From a virus, in IMG/VR virus record IMGVR_UViG_3300043184_000117: DNA of 52,745 bases; one strand, given 5' to 3'. The notes under the pieces were generated by a model that was given only the letters and a program-made list of their open reading frames with translations, had not been told where the DNA came from and made no database searches. The position numbers and the translations under genes are program-made. Within the stretch, counting starts at the first letter, position 1. Each line of letters starts with the position of its first letter. Shown here piece by piece: positions 50,996-52,745 of this stretch.

Positions 50996-51140
50996 ACTTA
51001 CCTCCGTGGGTTAGACTTTGCTCAAGCCTAGTTATGGCTAAATCGCATAATAACTGATAAATTTGGAATTTTCTAACGGTTGGTTCTGATGTAATTAATT
51101 CAATTTGACGAAGCTCTTCTTCCAGGATTTGTCTCTCCAT
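50988..51140 (-). CDS. Hypothetical 50-aa protein, not in the ORF track
   Basis: Own translation MERQILEEELRQIELITSEPTVRKFQIYQLLCDLAITRLEQSLTHGGKYE; RBS AGGAGG. Confidence 0.5.
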   Translation of the reverse strand: MERQILEEELRQIELITSEPTVRKFQIYQLLCDLAITRLEQSLTHGGKYE

Positions 51141-51171
51141 AGTGCCTCCTAATGATTTAATTATATCATAT

Positions 51172-51696
51172 TTAGGAGGGATTGCTAGTTATTTTTTTAA
51201 ATAAAATGTCTGAATAATAAAAAGCGGCTTTAGTCTTTAAATACGATAGTTTAGGTTCAGACTGTACACTTAAAAGCTCTTCAAAAGCCACAATATTTTG
51301 TATAATAACTTCTTGAGGGGATATTTGCATGCACATAACCACATAATGTCCATAAAATTTATTTAGACTGCTTTTTTCCATCAACCACGACATTCCATAT
51401 CTGCGTACACTATCGAGGGTTTGGGTCTTTACATCAAACATAATAGTATCAGCTACTAAATCTGCGCCATGAGTTTTTTTATTAGTTATAATCATATCAG
51501 GAGGTGTAACATCTTTATATTTAGATTTTAAAAATTCGTACACCGCCCACTCGCCCAGTTTTCCCACATATATATCATTTACTATTTTATCTATATTTGA
51601 TTGACCGCGAGATGCATAATACTTATTTGTTTCAACGCATTTTTTTGCAAAATCTAGACATTCCGAAATTTGCAAATTTGATAATTGAATTAGCAT
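51172..51696 (-). CDS. Possible PD-(D/E)XK-fold nuclease (174 aa)
   Basis: GKLGEWAVYEFL ... GADLVADTIMFDVKTQ (D ... D-x-K arrangement); weak. Confidence 0.3.
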   Translation of the reverse strand: MLIQLSNLQISECLDFAKKCVETNKYYASRGQSNIDKIVNDIYVGKLGEWAVYEFLKSKYKDVTPPDMIITNKKTHGADLVADTIMFDVKTQTLDSVRRYGMSWLMEKSSLNKFYGHYVVMCMQISPQEVIIQNIVAFEELLSVQSEPKLSYLKTKAAFYYSDILFKKITSNPS

Positions 51697-52445
51697 AGCT
51701 CACCTGTAATCCATGGGTGATTTTGATAATTTGCAGTAGGTAAATCTTTAGTCTTAAATAAAAGCATATTTGGGATGGTGCCATACTCTCTAAGTACTTT
51801 AGTCCAAGCTAAAAAGAAAATTAATTTACCCTCTATTCCTAGTTTAAATTTTTTATTATTTAAATGTAATAATGGTAGAACTAATAATAAATCCGGGTCG
51901 TTCTTTTTCCAAAACACAATTGAGAATAACGATGCTAGTACAAACCAAATTTTTTCAAATAGTGATGGTGAAATCATGGCGGCTCGTTTATACACCCACC
52001 GATATTCCGGTTTTTGCCAAAATGTAATATTCCACAGATCTGGATAATTTTTGACCGCAGTCCTAGGATTGGCTTCCTTACTCAATTGATAAAATCTTTT
52101 AATTGTACTAAATAAATTTAGTTTAGTCCATTTTTTGGGCACAAACGCTGGATTGTCACAAAATTGATTATAACTATGTCTGAGGTAGTGGCATATTTTA
52201 ATTGCCATTGAGGGGGACAACAGTGCCACTCCCATAATCTCGTCGTGAGACACATATGGGCAATTTTCAACCGGTACAGGGTGTCTAGAAAATGGTACGT
52301 AGTTAGGCAAATATCCTAAATATTTATTATTTGGATGGATTGCCAAAAAATAAGCGGTATAAATGTACGCATTATTAGTAGGAATGTGTCCTGCGTGCTG
52401 CACTGGTTTTGTGTGTAGTCGATTCCACTGGTCTACAAATTTCAT
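51690..52445 (-). CDS. Hypothetical 251-aa protein next to polA, one predicted TM; no recognisable motif
   Basis: ORF track. Confidence 0.55.
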   Translation of the reverse strand: MKFVDQWNRLHTKPVQHAGHIPTNNAYIYTAYFLAIHPNNKYLGYLPNYVPFSRHPVPVENCPYVSHDEIMGVALLSPSMAIKICHYLRHSYNQFCDNPAFVPKKWTKLNLFSTIKRFYQLSKEANPRTAVKNYPDLWNITFWQKPEYRWVYKRAAMISPSLFEKIWFVLASLFSIVFWKKNDPDLLLVLPLLHLNNKKFKLGIEGKLIFFLAWTKVLREYGTIPNMLLFKTKDLPTANYQNHPWITGELC

Positions 52446-52453
52446 AATTGCTC

Positions 52454-52745
52454 CTAATGTGATTCTCTTAAATTTTTACCAACAGTGGGTGGCGCCTTCA
52501 ATTTAACTGGTAAACTAATAGCATTTTCCATACATAATTGTACCACTTCGCTTACAGCTTGTACATCACTAGACCTACACTCAATAACCAACTGATCATG
52601 AATATTGAGAAGGATGTGTGCGTCCAATTTTTTAAATTTAAGCGCCCTAGATACCGCAATTGAAGCCCTATTGACTATACTTGCGGATAATGATTGGATT
52701 TGAAAGTTGCGTCCATTACCAATATAGTTTTTCATTCTATTTCTA
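52454..52745 (-). CDS. polA: C-terminal end of the polA gene (same ORF as 1-2037 across the circular junction)
   Basis: LLNIHDQLVIEC is pol motif C. The Met at 52735 is internal: 52619-52745 duplicates 1-127 and the frame is continuous. Confidence 0.9.
   Translation of the reverse strand, partial: RNRMKNYIGNGRNFQIQSLSASIVNRASIAVSRALKFKKLDAHILLNIHDQLVIECRSSDVQAVSEVVQLCMENAISLPVKLKAPPTVGKNLRESH
52619..52745. repeat. Terminal direct repeat, identical to 1-127
   Basis: See 1-127. Confidence 0.9.

Noticed and set aside
1-52745. tRNA/tmRNA genes, integrase, lysogeny module, phage RNA polymerase, reverse transcriptase/DGR
   Set aside because: I found no cloverleaf-like GC-rich 70-90-nt segments in the intergenic regions and no ORFs with the corresponding motifs. 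Absence is by eye only and should be confirmed with tRNAscan-SE and HMM searches.

Overview
The window is a complete, circularly closed phage genome. Bases 1-127 are identical to 52619-52745, an assembly overlap, so the unique length is 52,618 bp. It is an AT-rich, apparently virulent dsDNA phage: I found no integrase, no repressor module, no RNA polymerase and no tRNA. The structural gene order is T7-like (portal, scaffold, major capsid, adaptor/nozzle, internal virion proteins, fibres). Strong Shine-Dalgarno sites, lipoboxes, a signal-peptide transglycosylase and a spanin-like lipoprotein point to a Gram-negative host.

Layout:
- One very long minus-strand series runs from 8356 down through the circular junction to 15304. 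It carries replication and early genes first, then a 680-bp non-coding hub at 43181-43860, then about 28 kb of virion genes.
- One plus-strand block (8688-15327) carries RusA, GNAT, dUTPase, an intein-containing large terminase, ThyX and a lysis cassette.

Recognisable genes:
- Replication and nucleotide metabolism: family-A DNA polymerase (split by the window edge and missing from the ORF track), VirE/D5-type primase-helicase, PD-(D/E)XK exonuclease, DUF5664-like dNTP pyrophosphohydrolase, class II (RTPR-like) ribonucleotide reductase, ThyX, dUTPase.
- Lysis: M15 endolysin, 3TM holin, XhlA-like protein.
- Envelope-targeted: SLT transglycosylase, secreted trypsin-like protease, PA14 lipoprotein.
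- Other: 23-aa leucine-rich-repeat-like protein, several glycine-rich or modular tail fibres.
- Selfish elements of three homing-endonuclease classes: a LAGLIDADG intein in the TerL P-loop, a free-standing GIY-YIG gene, and an EndoVII-type HNH gene with a decayed tandem copy.

Most interesting observations, all regulatory and non-coding:
1. Three perfect sigma-54 (RpoN) TGGCAC-N5-TTGCA promoter consensus sites lie within 80 bp of the 680-bp hub. A fourth perfect copy sits inside a tail gene. No phage-encoded enhancer-binding protein is visible.
2. A 143-bp, ~98% identical inverted repeat (8439-8581 vs 43417-43560) sits upstream of both late operons.
3. The 8-mer TTGCCCAG recurs five times exactly, plus one TTGCCCAA variant, only on the minus strand. 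Each copy lies just upstream of a gene or operon start.
4. There are tandem repeat arrays upstream of the scaffold/capsid operon and upstream of the holin.

Functional interpretations are inferences from sequence reading only. No database search was possible.
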